A stretch of DNA of 63,126 bases, the filler included, from Octopus bimaculoides (Eukaryota), in assembly GCF_001194135.2 (NCBI RefSeq). It is 12 parts of 12 records of this genome, joined end to end, with 100 filler letters (N's around TTAATTAATTAA, not from the genome) between each part and the next. Parts side by side here need not be neighbours in the genome. Positions count along the whole stretch, not along the records: positions 59,867 to 62,019 come from NC_068995.1; positions 62,120 to 63,126 come from NW_026321917.1; 10 more parts are not named here. One strand, written 5' to 3'. The position numbers and the translations under genes are program-made. The notes under the pieces are model-generated. The model saw nothing but the letters and a program-made list of their open reading frames with translations. It was not told the origin of the DNA and made no database searches. Below are positions 61,510 through 63,126 of the stretch, one piece after another. Position 1 is the stretch's first letter. Each line of letters starts with the position of its first letter.

Positions 61510-62119
61510 CTAAGCAAATAACAATCAACAATTGCTTGACTTCTTTATATATATATATATATATTATACGATATTATATTATATCATATTATATTGTATT
61601 CTTTGTGCGTTCCGTATAAACTTCATATACATATATGTTTCTCACCGCCATTTATGTATATATGCGTGTAGTAACGTACATCACGGCCCTTAAATTTCCT
61701 GAGGCTCACTTTAACAACATCATAGTAAAATCATGGAAGAAATCGGCTCTGGGCTGAAATAAAAAGCGTTGACCCTATTAACTTTTAAATGATAAAAGAA
61801 TGTGAATGAGCAACAATAAAGCAAAATAATAAATATGCAATACCGAAGTGCTTAGGGGAGGTTTAAGTATGTCTGAACTACAATCAGAGGACTGAAATGA
61901 AAATTGCGCGGTAATCTCATTGTTCGTGACGTAGATACACATACAGAATCATTTATATACATACATACACATATATCTGTGTGTATAAATATATGATACA
62001 TATACATATTCATATATATNNNNNNNNNNNNNNNNNNNNNNNNNNNNNNNNNNNNNNNNNNNNTTAATTAATTAANNNNNNNNNNNNNNNNNNNNNNNNN
62101 NNNNNNNNNNNNNNNNNNN

Positions 62120-62425
62120 CAAACAAAATGTCCGGAAGCTTAAATTCGATGCCAACTATTGCTTCTATGAATGGCAGGGGTTCACCATGTTTACCACCTG
62201 GAATCCTTCCATCACAGCATCTGTTACAAAATGGTGGACCATCATCACAACTCTTGCAAGGAATGCAAGCACGACTTAGCAATGGTCATGGCCCATCACC
62301 TATGCCTGGAATGCATCTTGGTATGAATGGGAATTCAACACCAACTGGTCACACCCAGCCATCTCAGGCAGCAATTGATGCTCTTACTAAACAAAGGTTA
62401 CCTTATCCCTGCAATTCGCTTATTG
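62120..62425 (+). CDS. Host coding exon of an unidentified Gly/Pro/Ser/Met/Gln-rich (probably nuclear regulatory) protein; 5' boundary lies in the gap
   Basis: Non-repetitive open frame MSGSLNSMPTIASMNGRGSP...QAAIDALTKQR; donors AAG|GTTACC (62396) or TTG|GTAAAG (62425); no TE motif. Confidence 0.7.
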
Positions 62426-62629
62426 GTAAAGTACTTTATGTTCATATGTTGTCTTCAGTATGTATGTTATATTGTTCTTCATGCTTGCCCAGCAGATTGA
62501 AATGCTCACATTCATGGTCTGTCTTTCATGCTCCATCTATCTCTTGTATGCTTGTGCATACATACCTATTAGCAGTCCTTGTGCTCTCTGAAACCTGCCT
62601 GTGTTTTCTTATTCTTGATGGTCCTTAAG

Positions 62630-63126
62630 GAAGCTAGGTGCAGATGAATGACATGTGAAGGTTCTACAAGCTATTTATACTGATGCAGTGAGTCAATAAT
62701 GATTTTCATGACCGTTTAATATGAAGTTAAGAGTTCTTCATAATCCTACTGGCTGTTCATGGGAGCTATTATATGCTGATGGTCTTATTCTCATAGTTGA
62801 ATCTGTAGTGGAATTAGAAAGGAAATTTCAGGCATAGAAACTCAACCTAAAATCAAAAGCCTCTAGTCAAACTTAGCAAAGACAAAAATTTTAGTAAGTT
62901 GGAAAGAAATTAAGCTAATATACTCTGTTGGATTTGCAGTGTAAGTAAACATGAACAACAAAGTGCATGTGTTGAGAGAAGGGGACTTGATTATAGTGTG
63001 CAGGCAGCTGTATGTCAATTGCTTGATATGAATGGAGTTTGTGGAACAGGGAGACCCAGGAGGACATGGGATGAAGTGGTGAAGGTTGATCTTAGAACCT
63101 TGAAGCTCATAAAGAAGAATACAAAA
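62630..63126 (+). mobile_element. Decayed RTE LINE ORF2 fragment, same family type as 36281-37387
   Basis: TGCSWELLYADGLIL..ELERKFQ..NLAKTKIL and GRPRRTWDEVVKVDLRTL. Confidence 0.85.

Noticed and set aside
20922-62075. TTAATTAATTAA recurring 11 times (20922, 23347, 26356, 28772, 31630, 37432, 41350, 48969, 53513, 59811, 62064)
   Set aside because: Always centred in N44-12-N44 blocks of exactly 100 bp and gives stops in all six frames: a scaffolding spacer, not biology or a CRISPR-like repeat
62426-62628. Extension of the 62128 ORF to 166 aa
   Set aside because: Composition shifts to intron-like sequence after the GT donors; treated as read-through

Overview
AT-rich, gappy eukaryotic genomic DNA. 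The repeat families, dense (TA)n/(CA)n/triplet microsatellites and 100-bp N44-TTAATTAATTAA-N44 scaffold spacers suggest an octopus (coleoid cephalopod) draft assembly; this is inference. About a fifth of the window is N. Almost all ORFs in the supplied track are microsatellite or gap artefacts. Supportable content: (i) decayed non-LTR retrotransposons of four clades (L1/Tx1, R4/Dong-like RLE, CR1, RTE); (ii) at least four SINE or SINE-like families; (iii) Tc1/mariner, piggyBac and Helentron-like DNA-transposon relics and MITEs; (iv) one convincing host coding exon of an unidentified Gly/Pro/Ser/Met/Gln-rich protein (62120-62425, +). Most interesting signals: a structurally complete minimal type I hammerhead ribozyme motif (52885-52930, -), with a degenerate twin and a second variant family; a same-polarity stack of three SINEs plus a Tx1 LINE inside one (ATT)n tract, while R4/Dong-like elements use the opposite strand of the same microsatellite; a PHD-finger-like C4HC3 module inside a near-intact RTE ORF2; and several long foldbacks and inverted SINE pairs that would be dsRNA substrates if transcribed. 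No rRNA, true tRNA or CRISPR array seen. All alignments and translations were done by eye; no searches were run.
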